Part shown: piece by piece, positions 13,877 through 28,460 of the stretch
Layout: the number at the start of each line of letters is the position of its first letter
Numbering within the stretch: the first letter of the stretch is position 1
DNA from: Octopus sinensis
Lineage: Eukaryota
Direction of reading: 5' to 3'
Assembly (NCBI RefSeq): GCF_006345805.1
Contig: NW_021834671.1
Coordinates: forward strand, 1-46,313
Length of the DNA stretch: 46,313 nt
Notes under the pieces: generated by a model
Told to the model about the DNA's origin: nothing
The model's input: the letters and a program-made list of their open reading frames with translations, nothing else
Databases searched by the model: none
Position numbers and translations under genes: made by a program

Positions 13877-15518
13877 TTAACAACAACAACAACAAGCGCA
13901 ACAACAGCAACAGAAGAAATCATATTGATGATGATGATGATGATGAGGATGATGATGATGACGACGACGATGATGATGATAATAATGATAATTATTATTA
14001 TTATTATTATTATCATTATTATTATTATTATGTATGTTATCATTATTATTATTATTGCTTTCCCGTCGCCACAAGGGAATAACGTTGATAATAATAATCA
14101 GTGATATAGAATTGTGTAAAATAATAAGATATGATAATTGCACATTTAAATATCTGATAGCTGCCTAGATTTATATATATATATATATTTCTGCGTGTGT
14201 ATGTGTGTGTATGTATGTGTGAGTATATATACATACATACAACATATATATGTGTGTATGTGTGTGTGTGTGTGTGCGTGTGTGTGTATGTGTGTACGCG
14301 TGTGTGTACGTGTGTGTATGTGTGTGCGCGCGTCTACGTGTGTGTCGATTCGAAAATGCTCCTAAGAAAATGTTTTATGATTTGCCATATTGAAAATTTT
14401 ATTTCAAAAACTACAATTCAAAGGGCAACACTATTTAATCTGTGCTGTTTATATACACCGTATGTGTGTATATGTATGTTTGTATAGATGTACATATATG
14501 TATATATGTACATACATGCATATATATATATATATATTTATAATGATATATATTCTTCATATATGTATATATATATTATATATATATATATATACATATA
14601 CGTATATATGAATTCATATACATATATACATATTCCTATACATACATATATTATATATATATATAAATATATATATATATATGTATATATAACCCATATA
14701 TACACATATACATATATGTGTGTCATTATGTGTGTATATATTTACAAACATAAATGCGTATATATGGTTGCATTTATGTGTATGTATGTATGTATATATA
14801 TGTGCCTTTATATAAGTATGTATGTATGTATTTATACTTTTCTGTGTATGCATATATTTATGCAAATACACATATTCATAGACGCCTATCTATTCTATCT
14901 ATCTATCTATATCTATCTATCTATATATATATATGTAGTGTATGTACATGTGTGTGTATATATGTGTATATATATATAATATATATATGTTTATATACGT
15001 ATATATATAATATATATACATGTATATATACGTATATATATTATATACATGTATATATATATATATATATTATATATAATTATATATATATATATATTTG
15101 TGTGTGTGTGGGTGTGTGTGTGTGGTGTGTGCCTGTTTGTTTGTGTGTGTTTGTGTGTATGTACGTATGTGTGCGTGCCTGTGCGTGTATGCTCCGTTGC
15201 CTATTTTAAATAATATTCTACATGATATCTATTTATTATAATTACAAAATCACAACTTTTCTCTATCAGTAATAATCTTGATTCCATGTATCGTTATATG
15301 TACGTACATACACACCTGTACACAGATACACACATACACACATTTATTATCATTTATATGTGTATAAATGAATATAAATAGGTACAAATATAAAAGAAAA
15401 CACACAATCATATGTATATATATATACATATACACACAAGCATATATAATACATATACATATATAATATATATATACGTATATATATATATTAATGTATA
15501 TATATTTTATATGTATTA

Positions 15519-15578
<60 letters not shown>

Positions 15579-16033
15579 GTATGTATATATCTACACCTCT
15601 ATGACCAATATAAGATACAGTTAGGTCTTTATCTTTTCATTGCCAAAATGGTTAACTGTTTAATAGCATGATTAAAGATAATGAGATTTAGTAAAAGGGC
15701 GATAAATGTCGGATGATGAACGTTAATTTAACACCCCACGACCACGACCACCACCACCACCACCACCACCACCACCACCATCACTACCATCACTACCATC
15801 ACGACCACCACGATCACCACGATCACCACCACTACCTCCGCCTCTACTACTACCACCACCTCTACCACCACCACTACCGCACTGTCTTCTGCACACACAA
15901 ACATACAACAACAACAACAACAACCACGTTTCTACTTTCACTATCACTCTTCCGCACCGACGCCATGTTTATGTTCGCGTTCTTCTCGATTCTTTTACTC
16001 TCCGTCGTTCTTTCTTTCTTTCTTCCTTCCTTC

Positions 16034-16075
<42 letters not shown>

Positions 16076-16679
16076 CTCCCTTTCTCTCGTTCTTTCTCTC
16101 TCTCCTCTTCTATCCCTTTGTCTCCCTTTATCTCTGTGTTTGTCTCAGTTTCTCTTTTCTCTGCAATCACCTATTTCCTTATGGGGTTTTATTGTGTGTG
16201 TGTGTATGTGTGTGTGTATGTATGTGTGTGTGTGTGTTGTGTGTGTCTGTGTGTGTGTGTGTGGTATGCAAGCAGGCATTCAATCACATGCGCAGGCACA
16301 TTAACGTAGGCACATATGTTACACATACATACGTGCATATATACACACATATATATGTTTGTGTGTCTGTGTATGTGTGTAATGATTATATATTTCTTTA
16401 TTAATTTTATTGTATGTACACACACACATACACATCTACATATATACGAAAAATACACACGTGTACGCACACCTATAATTGCACATAAATATATGTGTTG
16501 TGTATGTTTGTATATTTTGTGTATTTGTTTATGAATATACTATATGTATACGCACACACATACAAATATACATAATATAAAAATTTATATTCATATATAC
16601 ATGTATATATACACTCATATATATATATATGTATATATATATATAGATAGATAGATAGATATAGATATATATATAGATG

Positions 16680-16719
<40 letters not shown>

Positions 16720-17439
16720 TTACACACACACACTCACACACATACACACACACATATACGATACACTCACACAAGACTTTCCACTCCTTGTTTACCAATT
16801 CTTCCTCTAAAATAACCGGAAACCGTCTTTCACCGATTCCGCAGCCACGTCTACTGCTACCACGTCTCTCCTTCACCTCTCACCGTTACCACTCTCGAAA
16901 TTCGTTATTTCCTTTTCTCTCACGAAAACTAATTTATGCATACGTTGTCAGAAATAGCAGCCAAGACACACTCAAATTACACAATGCTGGTTTTAGAACA
17001 CATTGGGAAGTGTAGTCCAAGATGAATTATGTCTGGAAAAAAAATTCTGAATGGTTCTCTGTGGAATGTCTATGATCACTGGTTAGCTGGATCACTGGTT
17101 AGCTGGATGCGATCTGGCCTGTGGCTAAACCACAATAACAGTAACAACAATAATAATAATAATCCCTTTCTGAAATTTTGTGGAAGGGGCCGAGACGATC
17201 ACATCGGCCCCAGTGCTCGACCTCGGCGGGATTTGAACTCAGAACATGAAAACGGATGAATTGTTGTGAAGCATTTCGTCCGGCGGGCGAACGATTCTGC
17301 CAGAAGGACGAATTGGCTAATATAGTAGCTGGCACTCTATGGGTGGAAAATGGGGTGGGCAAGAGTGGAACGTCTCAGGTGATTTGCTGATGTACCTGTA
17401 AAATCAGTGTTGAATTGTAGGTAAATGATTTCAATACAC

Positions 17440-17828
17440 CACCACTATGTACCACCACCAAAGCCACAACCACCAATACCACCACCACCATCACTACCAC
17501 CACCGCCACCACCACCACCACCAATACCACCACCACCACCACCACTGCCACCGCCACCACCACTACCACCACCAGCACCATCACCACCACCACCACCAAC
17601 ACCACCACCACCACCACCACCACCAATACCACCACCACCACCACCACCACCACCACCACCAATACCACCACCACCACCATCACCACCACCACCAATACCA
17701 CCACCATCACCACCGCCACCACCAATACCATCACCACCACCATCACCACCACCACCAGCACCACCAATACCACCACCACCATCACCGCCACCACCACTAC
17801 CACCACCACCACCATTACCCCCCCCACC
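17440..17828 (+). repeat. (CCA)n degenerate trinucleotide array
   Basis: Direct reading; source of the poly-Pro/His/Val ORFs. Confidence 0.95.
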
Positions 17829-18222
17829 AGTCTGTGAAATTACAGTCTATTGTTTAGAGTCTAAATGGCAGCAATTCAAAGATATTTCGTCTCCTTTTAA
17901 TATTTCTTTTGAAGTTTGGATGGCGATTTAGTTCACCGTTAATTGGAGTAATGCCTCTCATAGAGGTAAACCTGCATTTTGGGGTTCTCGTCCATATCAC
18001 CGCCAGAATCATATACGTCAATCGGGGCACGGGCTCTAGTGCCTATACACGCGCTCACACACACATATACACACACTGTAAGGGTATAATCAATCAAACG
18101 ACTATTTTATTGTTAAATATATGATATTTATAAATTCTTTCAGTGTATAAATACATATATTTACATGTATGTGTGTGTGTAATATATATATATATATATG
18201 TATATATCTATATATGTATATG

Positions 18223-18253
<31 letters not shown>

Positions 18254-18888
18254 TATATATATATATATTATATATATATATGTGTGTGTGTATATAAAGA
18301 GAGAGAGAAATAGATATAGATACATATCTACATATACATATAAATTCCTGCATATAAACGTATGCACACATATAGTGACTTCGAAGGTTCGGCATTCAAC
18401 GGACAGATATATACACACTGCATACATCTCACAGATCTCACACACCTATCCATCTCTCAATCTATCTAATTAATACACTTTCTCTCTCTCAATCTCTCAC
18501 ACTCTCTCTCTCTCTCAACAGTCCAATGTTTGAATTAAATAGACGTCAGGAACTCTATAGATGGCACCACAATGCATCAGCAGCGACGCAAACATCAATT
18601 TAATATTTCACCGTCAAAAACCTCCCAAGCTATTCCGATGTCATACTTTGCTTCTATTATCTTTACTTCCTTACTTTTGCGAAATTGTTCCATTTTCCTC
18701 GCTAGGAAGCGTCAATAACTTTTCGTTCTCCGCAGCTAATAGCAATATTCCAAGAGGAAATGAAACGGTGAAAGAATTCTCCAGATATCACCAAACTTAG
18801 TTTGCATTCTTATATCTGATGGCAAACATTTCCTAGACTCTCCACAAAGAATATCTCCATTGTGGTCATTTATGAATCATATAATTGT

Positions 18889-19226
18889 GGAAGGCGCATG
18901 GCTCAGTGGCTAGATCGTCGGGTTCACAATCATGAGGTTGTGAGCTCGAATCACGGATCGGGTCGTGTGTTGTGTTCTTCAGTAAAACACTTTATTTCAC
19001 GTTGCTCCGATTCACTCAACTGTAGAAATAAGTTGCGACGTCACCGGTGCCAAACTGTATCGGTCTTTCCCTTTCCCTTGGATAACGTCGATGGAGACAA
19101 GAAGCTGGTATGCATGGGAGACTGCTAGTCTTCCATAAACAACCTTGACCGGACTTGTGCCTCGTGCAATAACTTCATAGGCGCAATCCCATGGTCATTC
19201 ATGACCGAAGGTGTTCTTTACCCTTT
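18889..19226 (+). mobile_element. tRNA-derived SINE family C with CORE-like segment
   Basis: GGCGCATGGCTCAGTGG A-box, GAGCTCGAATC B-box-like, GTGTTGTGTTCTTCAGTAAAACACTTTATTTCAC core. Confidence 0.7.
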
Positions 19227-19420
19227 CATAATTCTGGAAGGACTTTGAACTAACCTCATCGACAGTTTAACGAATATTTACTCGGAACTGACGGTGTGCA
19301 AGTTCAATTTTCCTTGTCAACCAATGACTTTGTTTTTCACAAAACATATTTTCAAATTTTGAAACTATTTCTTCACTAAATTATTCCAATGTCTTTGCAA
19401 TCTGTTTGCCAATATTTTGA

Positions 19421-19630
19421 GGCGGCAAGATGGTAGAATCGTTAGCACACCAGGCGAAAGTCTTCATGGCATTTCGTCTTTATGTTCTAAGTTCAAATTC
19501 CGCTGAGATCGACTTTGCCTTTCATCCTTTCGGGGTCAATAAAGTAAGTACCCGTTATGCACTGGGGTCGGTGTAACCGACTCATTCCCTCCTCCGAACT
19601 TGCTGGCCTTGTGCCAAAATTTGAAATCAA
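19421..19630 (+). mobile_element. SINE family B copy
   Basis: GGCGGCAAGATGGTAGAATCGTTAGCAC head, B-box and core. Confidence 0.75.
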
Positions 19631-19659
19631 TATTTAAACTAATATATGAATATTGTAAA

Positions 19660-19961
19660 GGCATGTGGGTGAGTGGTTAGGGTGTTACACACACGATCGC
19701 AAGACCGTAGGTTCAAATCTCAGAACAGCGGTGGCTTGTGTTCTTGAGTAAAAAAAAAAACTTCATTCCACGTTGATCCAGTTTACACAGCTGTAAATAG
19801 ATAACTCTGTTACGGATTGGCGACCCGTTCGGTGAGGTAGTGTTGGCCTGTCCGGGCTGCTAGCGTGTGGCACCATTTGAAATAAACAAAAACGATGTGG
19901 GGAAGCGCATTGTGATCAGCGGTGTATATCAACATCAGATGAAGTGGTCGATACATTGATA
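19660..19961 (+). mobile_element. SINE family C variant
   Basis: tRNA-like head, GTGTTCTTGAG core, and a GAAGCGCATTGTGA tail shared with 43328-43624. Confidence 0.6.
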
Positions 19962-20851
19962 TACTGATGTTCACATTATACCTCATTACCGTGCGAATAA
20001 TCGGTACGGTGAAACTTAACCACGATTTTAGAATTTTAAGTCTGCTTGTATATGTTCTGCGTTCATTTTTCTTCTGTTGCTTCAGTCACTGAAACCTTCG
20101 AAGGATTAGTTAATCATATCGATTCTAGTCTTTATTATTTTAGGCTCAAGCTCTAATATCAATAGCTTTTTGTCGTACCGCAAAGTTAGGAAAGTCAGGA
20201 ATTTAGTTGTTTTTTTTTTTCTCCAAGAATTCTAGATTTTGAGATTATCTTCCCTTCTCGTTTGGAATTGGTATCAACTGCCACTAAGCGATTAGTCTAC
20301 CCTCTCTGGAAGAGAAGGTTATTTCAATAAACCAAGAATTTATCTTATTAAATGTACTTTTGTTCGCCTTTGTTATTGAAATTAATGCGAATGACGGCTT
20401 TCAGTGATTTCTCTGAGTCACAACAGCAAGAACATAAAAGAGAAATTTCAAACTAAAATATATACGAAATACTAATTTAATATCGTTCGAATTGAATGCA
20501 TTCTGGTAGCACTTTATTGTTAACAAGGTGCGACAAGAAACTCATATAAATGACCAACCTGGTGCTATATATATGAAAAATATCACGCAAACGTACGACA
20601 TGAATGCATTTTTAAAGCAGTCTTTATGTTGCAGAAAAGTCAATAAGTTTCAAAGAAAATTAATATAAATTAATTTAAGATTATACAACCTAAATAAAAT
20701 TAAAACAACTAATTATAGTATATATTATATATACATATGTATATAAAATATAAATTAGAGATAAAACCACTATTATGCAACTCAGTGATAGACATAAACC
20801 AATACATAAATAACAAAAACATAAACCAAAATACATCTGTATATATATTTA

Positions 20852-21150
20852 TATGGCCCAGTGGTTAGGGTGTTGCACTCAGGATTGCGAGCTCGCAGTT
20901 TCAATTCCTAGATCGAGTGGTGTGCTGTGTTCTTGAGCAAAACACTTCATCGCACATTGCTCTTCAAGCACTTCGACAACTAACACATGGTGCACTGTGG
21001 TGCATCTGTTCAGACAACTTCGGTTCGATGGAGGGACAGGTGAGCTAAGGTGCGACACGAACATTTGATCCCTAGAAACAAATCTTTTGTGCCGGTCGTT
21101 CGGCAAAACAGCTGAACCCTTCATACGTCGACCATCGACGGGAGAGTCCT
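20852..21150 (+). mobile_element. SINE family C variant with a different tail
   Basis: TGGCCCAGTGGTTAGGG head; GTGTTCTTGAGCAAAACACTTCAT core. Confidence 0.6.
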
Positions 21151-21194
21151 TCACACGTCTTCTCTATATCTTTATTCGTTAGGTGTGTATGTGT

Positions 21195-21245
<51 letters not shown>

Positions 21246-21409
21246 GTGGCCCAGAGAGGATTAATAACTCTCTTACTTCTCCAAATACTTGTATGAAATT
21301 TTAATTCAATAAAAAGGACATAATGGAAATTCATTTGCACCTGTCCTTTTCCTCATACCTCTGCACTACGCATACATATATGGTGGTGGTGTTGTCATCT
21401 TCCTTATTT

Positions 21410-21606
21410 GTGTGTGTCTTTGTCCAAGTGTCTATCCCCGCGATGCTTGACAACCGGTTTCGATTTGTTTACGTCCCATTTACTTAGCGGATCGACAATA
21501 CGGGCCGTTAGAATAACTAGCAAACTTTAAAATAAGAGTAGCAGCTGAGGTCCGTTTGTTTGACTAGAAACCTTCCAAGCTGTGCCCTGGATATGGCCGC
21601 AGTCCA
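21410..21606 (+). mobile_element. SINE family A, 3' part, diverged
   Basis: GCTTGACAACCGG...TTTACGTCCC...ACTTAGCGG...ATGGCCGCAGTC. Confidence 0.6.
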
Positions 21607-22124
21607 CATAAGAGATAGAGGATATGCATAAACACACACATACACACACACACACACATGCGCGCGCGCACACGTGCATTTATGAATACTTATATAAACA
21701 AATCACCTGCTCGTGCAACGGACGGCAGTTTGAGGATATAAAAAAAAAGCTCGGCTTTTTGATTAAAATTGATTTGAATTGATCAGAAATTGATGCGAAA
21801 TTCGACACAAGAAAAACCGTGTTTTATCCTGTTTGTTGTGGCAGTTGTTGTTGTTGTTGTTGTTGTTGTTAAATTTGTGATTTATGTTCACCCAATTAAA
21901 CGACCCCTCTGCACCCCCGCCCTCCACCCATCCACCTCCAACACATCCCAATGAACAAGCGATGTCCCCTTTCATCTACGACGTTGTTCAGTAATGTCTG
22001 CCAGCCACTCAACGAGGCGATGCTGCCTGTGACTTGAAGGGAGTCGTTGAAGTTAGTGGCAGAGTCATTCATACGTAACTAAATATTCCAACTTTAACAG
22101 AACCAAACCCCATGATGATGATGG

Positions 22125-22171
<47 letters not shown>

Positions 22172-22179
22172 TGGTGATG

Positions 22180-22211
<32 letters not shown>

Positions 22212-22306
22212 GATGGTGATGATGGTGATGATGGTAGTGGTGGTGGTGGTGGTGATGATGATGATGATGATGATGAGGATGATGGTGATGAAGGTGATGA
22301 TGATGT

Positions 22307-22365
<59 letters not shown>

Positions 22366-22687
22366 GTGATGATGATCATCGTCATCGTCAGATACCGGCA
22401 GTGAAGTCCTGCTCCCTTTCAAACGTGATTTACTAACACTAGTCAAACGCGTGCCTCCATCGCCGTCTCCTCGGTTTCTGCAGTCGCGGGTCCGACATGT
22501 TTGCAGCAGAACGATCGGATTAATGCAAAGCTGGTTAAAGGGTTTACAAGTTATAAATATAACCCGAGACATGTTCAAGCAGAGACTCACAGACATTCAT
22601 ATGCACGAATGCGTCTATATATATGTATATATAGTCCGCCATTTTTGATAATTATGTAAATATATATACATACATACATATATACAT

Positions 22688-22743
<56 letters not shown>

Positions 22744-22906
22744 AAATATATATATAAAGAGATGTATATATAGATATGTATATGTATATATATGTATATA
22801 TATGTATATATATGTATGCATACATACATATATACAAACGTATATATATGTCCATATATGTATTCCTGTCTATATATATATATATATATATATACATTAC
22901 ATAATG

Positions 22907-22947
<41 letters not shown>

Positions 22948-24399
22948 ATATATGAACATATAAGGTGTATGGAGAAGTTCGGTGTCTGCCAGATGAGAGC
23001 GTAACCCGAATACAGGATATTATTTAAACGTATGAAGAAGCCTCTTCATCGGTCTGTTTATTCCTTTTTATCTACTTCAAATATCAGAGGGATACAGAAA
23101 CGCATACAGACACACACACACACATACACACGCATGCATACTTATACGTACATATATATATGTCAGTATGCATGCATGTGTGTGTGTGTGTGTGCGTATG
23201 TTTGTGTGTGTGTATGCTTTGGCCTTAACTTGCTACGTCAACCTCTACGTTTTCTTTTGCCAATATGCCTGAGGTAGCTTTCATCTTATGTGATTCCCTC
23301 TTTCTCTTTGAATACACACACACACACACATACATATACATATACATATATATATATATATGTGGATACATGCGGTATAGAATAGATAGGTTGATAGCTA
23401 GATGGATGGATGGACGGATGGATAGGTGGTAAGGCTTATATGTGTTCCTATATGAGACGGCAATATTGTAAAGACCGATAAACATACAAATTGGCAGACA
23501 CACGGACAGAAACATAGATAGAGGGAGATAAGAAGAAGAAGAAAAAGAGAAAGAGCTATATACGCCTAGGACACACACACACACACATACACATATATAT
23601 ATATACATATATACAATTGTAGGTAAGTGTGTGAGGTGGTTGGCGGGAATGTAAGAAAGTCGAAATATCTAAACCACAAATGTTTCGTGATATTAACATT
23701 GTGAATAAGATTAAAACTACATTTCAAACCGAATCTTTGTTCTGCAACAATCAGTTCTTTGAGGCTTTAAGTTTCGGCCAAGAATTCTCTCTCTCTCTCT
23801 CTTCTCTCCTAATTCCATTCCGACCATTTTCAAATACTAATTTCCATAAAGCTATTTAAAACACAAACCGCCTTCCACAATTCCACCACAACCACCACTA
23901 CCACCACCACTACCACAACCACTACCACCAGGACGACAACGACGACCACGACCACCACAACCAGCAGTATCACCACCACAACCACGACCACCACCACGAC
24001 CACCATTACCATCGTCACTACCATAACCACTACTACCACCACTACCATCATCACCACCACTACCACCATCACCACCACTACCACTACCACGACGACGACG
24101 ACCACCACCACCACTACCATGAATTCCGCCCTACCCCCTCCAACCCGTACGCCTCCGATCCCTACCACAAACACCACCAACACCACTACCGCTACCATTA
24201 ATATCACCCCCACCATCCCCATCACCTTGCTCAACAATGAACCGCAACTCTCACTTAACCACTATTGCTACGTAACATTTCGCCAGTAATACAAATACAC
24301 ACATGAAACACACACCTTTATATCAGAGTACAAAGAAAATATAACAGGAAATGGTACATGCACATACACACACTTGTATATATGTATATATATACATAT

Positions 24400-24465
<66 letters not shown>

Positions 24466-24511
24466 TATATATATCTGTAAATGTAATATGCGACACTTAT
24501 TCGGTGGCCAT

Positions 24512-24572
24512 GATAAAACTCCGAGTTTCGGATGTCGGGGTGGAAATCCACGCCGTCTTCTCTTCAGTTATC
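24512..24572 (-). ncRNA. Type I hammerhead ribozyme motif, near-intact
   Basis: Minus strand: GATAA-CTGAAGA-gaagacggcgtggatttccaccccgacatcc-GAAAC-TCGGA-GTT-TTATC. Perfect 5-bp stem I, partly paired stem II (GTGGA/TCCAC), stem III ACTC-G-GAGT. Lies in a ~220-bp cassette (24475-24698) bounded by (TA)n. Confidence 0.75.
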
Positions 24573-24698
24573 CGACAATCGGAAAAAATGCTATGAAAAT
24601 GACCGTTAAACAAAGGGAAATTACTGTGAGAATGACCAATATTAAGACAAAAGTGCTATTTGAATGACGGCTAAGTGGTTGTCTTACTATTTCTCTCA

Positions 24699-24730
<32 letters not shown>

Positions 24731-24867
24731 AGAAGAAAAGGGAGTAAATCCAGAGGTAGTATTCATCAGCAGTTTGACATTATATTATGTCTATTTATTT
24801 TAAATTGTTCAGTATAAATACATGTGTAAAGTACTCGTAATTTCTAGAATAGAGAAAGAAGAGCAGT

Positions 24868-24976
24868 TTCTTACAGCTGTTTCTGACGGGTGGTCACACT
24901 ACTCCACATATTATACCATAGTGATCTGCAGCTAAAATTAGGGTACTTGGGTGTGCCTCTAGGCTTCGTCAGAGAG
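24868..24976 (-). ncRNA. Hammerhead-like motif with 82-nt stem II region
   Basis: Minus strand: TCT-CTGACGA (24972-24966)...82 nt...GAAACAGCTGTA (24883-24872)-AGA. Palindromic stem III ACAGCTGT. In a (TA)n-flanked cassette 24727-24989. Confidence 0.55.
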
Positions 24977-25054
24977 TTCAAAAGATAGTATATATATATA
25001 TATATATATATATAGACTCACATATATACATGTGCCTAGAGTAGAAAAGAATTT

Positions 25055-25200
25055 TGGCAAAGGCCAGAAATTTCGGGTGATGGGGACTAGTCGATTACAT
25101 CGACCCAAGAGCGTAACTGATACCTATTTCATCGACCTCGAAAGAATGGAAGGCAAAGCCGACTCCGGCGGAATTTGAACTCAGAACGTAAGGACGGACC
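25055..25200 (-). mobile_element. SINE family B copy (further fragments at ~12100-12310, ~17168-17305, ~28243-28375)
   Basis: GAAGGCAAAGCCGACTCCGGCGGAATTTGAACTCAGAACG. Confidence 0.65.
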
Positions 25201-25357
25201 AAATAAAACGAAAGTAGACCAAAGACAGAGCATCGTTGTGTAGCAGTGAATGTCCAACATAAAAATATTTCTTCGAGGCCTTTATTGTGTTAAGTGCTCC
25301 GGACGAAATGAACCAAAATGGAATTGTTGCGATAACTGTCATTTCTAGCTTCCTTCT

Positions 25358-25416
<59 letters not shown>

Positions 25417-26182
25417 ACTCGCTCCGTGTGTGTGTGCGTGTGTGTATGCATATGTGTGTTTGTATGAGTGGAAACGGGCATGTGTGCGCTGACTCGCGTG
25501 TCTATGTGTAGGAATACATGTGTATATTTGTAATCATTAACAAAACCTGTTATATATGAGTGTCTGTGTTTGTGTGTGTATGTTTGCGTGTGTGCATATA
25601 TGCATATATATGCATACACATAGTCATATGTCTATGTATTTATCTATTCACACACACACATACATGTATCTATGCAAACATAGACATGTGTATACACACA
25701 CATACATATGTATGTATGTTGTATGTATCTATGTCTGTTTGTATGTATGTATGTGTGTATGCATGTGCATGTATGTGTGTACGTATGTATGTATGTGTGT
25801 ATGTATGTATGTATGTGTGTGTATGTATGTATGTATGTATGTATGTGTATATGTACGTACGTACGTACGTATGTATGTATGTATGTATGTATGTATGTAT
25901 GTATATAAATAGATGAGAATATCTCAGTTGCTGGTCCCGAAACCATCGAACTGTGAATAGTAAAGATAGGGGCCAGGCAACAGCTACAAGACTACTCCCT
26001 ACCATCTCAACCTCAACCCGCCCCCCACCGTTCACTAATATAGTATATTGTTCACCTGAAATATCCCCATGGGGCAGGTTGGTGGCGGGGAAGAATCGGA
26101 CGTACACAAATGCAGATAAAGGGAGACACGCCAATGACTTCTTCAATTTCGTACTTTTAATAATCCACGTGACGAGAGGGGG

Positions 26183-26762
26183 AACAACAACAACAACAGC
26201 AACTACTACTACTACTACTACCACTGCTGCTACTACTACTACTACTACTACTACCACTGCTGCTACTACTACTACTACTACTACTACTACTGTTGCTGCT
26301 ACTGCTGCTGCTATCGTAGACGCAACAAATTGTAGCAATCAATGCAAAAGCCACAGCTATTACGGCAACAGCAACAAGAATAACAATTGCAAGATTGACC
26401 AGAAACATCATAACGAAAACAATATCAACAAACTGAACAACGACACGAATGATGATGATGATGATGATGGTGGTGATGGTGGTGGTGGTGGTGGTGGTGG
26501 TGGTGGTGATGATAGTGATGATGGTGATGATGGTGGTGATGATAATGATAGTGATGATGATGAAGATGGTGGTGGTGGTGGTGATGGTGGTGGTGGTGAT
26601 GATGATGATCGTGATGGTGGTGGTGGTGATGAAGGTGATGATGATGATGATGATGATGGTGGTGATGGTGGTGGTGATGATGATGATGATGATCGTGATG
26701 GTGGTGATGAAGGTGATGATGATGATGATGATGATGATGATGGTGGTGGTGATGATGGTGAT
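26183..26762 (+). repeat. Compound (ACT/GCT)n and (GAT/GGT)n trinucleotide arrays
   Basis: Direct reading. Confidence 0.9.
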
Positions 26763-27031
26763 CTTTAAGCTTTCTTTTGTTTGCGACAGAGGCGTCAGAA
26801 GATTGCGATTTTTCCAATAAGAATTCCAAAGCTGTCTGTAGATACGTTTCATTCTCACACATCCAGATTAAAAACAGGAAAGACTTCAGTTCTGTGCGTC
26901 TAGGAGACAAAACCTCCCTTTCCTGACGTGCAAAATTCCCAAGCAATGTAGATAACTCCAATGAAATCAGTAAGCAGAACGTTTTGGAGCATCAAGGCGA
27001 TATAGTTTATGCTACTTTTAAAGGTAAATGT

Positions 27032-27062
27032 AACATGTTCCAGTCTTATGTGACCTCTTCAG
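27032..27062 (-). ncRNA. Degenerate minimal hammerhead core
   Basis: Minus strand: CTGAAGA-GGTC-acataa-GACT-GGAAC-AT-GTT. 4-bp stem II, palindromic stem III ACATGT, A13G change, no stem I. Confidence 0.4.
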
Positions 27063-27704
27063 CGAGACTTTCTATTCCGATAGCAGAAAGAATCCCAACA
27101 AAATAACGTGTCATTTTCTGGTGGCATAATGATGATGATGATGTCGACGAGGAGGACACTAATGACATTGGTAATGATGAGGCTGAAGGGGATGATGATG
27201 ATTGAGTCTGGACAGTGAGGGAGGCAGGATGGGTGATTCGATCTGAGAAGTGGGGAGATATATTGGAGGTGCCGGTAAATTGATCTTTAATGTATGGGAG
27301 AGGTGGTGGTGGGTGGGGGATAGGTCGAACTTTCGGACACCCGAGATGGCTTTAGAATTTGTAAAGGGATAGATAAAGTGAGAGAGAGAGAGAGTGAGAG
27401 AGGGAAAGGAGGAGAGAAATAAGAGAGAGGAAGAAAGAGAGAGAGAGAGGGGTAGTGAAAGAGGGAGTGAATGAGATAGGGTATGCTTAACGAGGTTCTT
27501 CATTCTATATCCTCAGGTAAATCTTGGGTTATTATTCCACGTTAATTAACGGTATTGAGTACTTTCTTTAATGCTCTTCTCTTTAACGGCGTCTTACATC
27601 AGTGTGTCAGCATGATACAACCAAGCATTAAACATACATGCATTCATATACGTAGAAACATATGCACATACATACATACACGAATATATATGTATATATA
27701 TGAG

Positions 27705-27739
<35 letters not shown>

Positions 27740-28407
27740 ATGTGTGTGTGTGTGTGTGTGTGTATGTATATATGTATATATATCGTATGTGTGTGTATGT
27801 ATGTATGTATACATGAACGAATGCAATGGTATAATTCAAGACTCATTCGCGCGTGCATTCTGTTGGCGTTTCCAACAATGTGAACATTGGGAGATAAATA
27901 TTCGTGCACGCATGTCATATAACCATGCGTATACAGACACACACACACCACACACACATTCACACAGAAACAAACTAAGACTCCCAAATAGACACACAGT
28001 AATCCATACGTCCACACACACACACATAAATATACAGCATCAGTCCCATGTGTACGGGGAGGACATTAGCGATTGTAAGTGAAGTAATTGAAACTGTGTG
28101 AAAATCGATTCCCCAAGCCATGGGAGACCACGTGACGTATCCTAGCACGTGCTTCAGTGGACACAAGTTGGAGTGGTAGTAGTAGTAGCAGCAGCAGTAG
28201 CAGCAGTAGTAGTAGTAGTAGTTGTAGTAGTAGTAGACTCTTCTACAATAGGAACAAGGCCTGAAGTTTTTTTTTAGGGTGAGGTTTTGTCGAAATAATC
28301 AACCCTAATGCTCGACCGATATTTATTTCATCGACTCCGAAAGGATGAAAAGCAAAGTCAATCTCGGAAGAATTTTAATTTTAATCATTTTTACGATCAG
28401 CCGCCTC

Positions 28408-28450
<43 letters not shown>

Positions 28451-28460
28451 GTGATGATAA

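Noticed and set aside
25953-26768. Longest ORF in the track (271 aa)
   Set aside because: Mostly (ACT)n and (GAT/GGT)n, with a non-ATG start and no recognisable domain.
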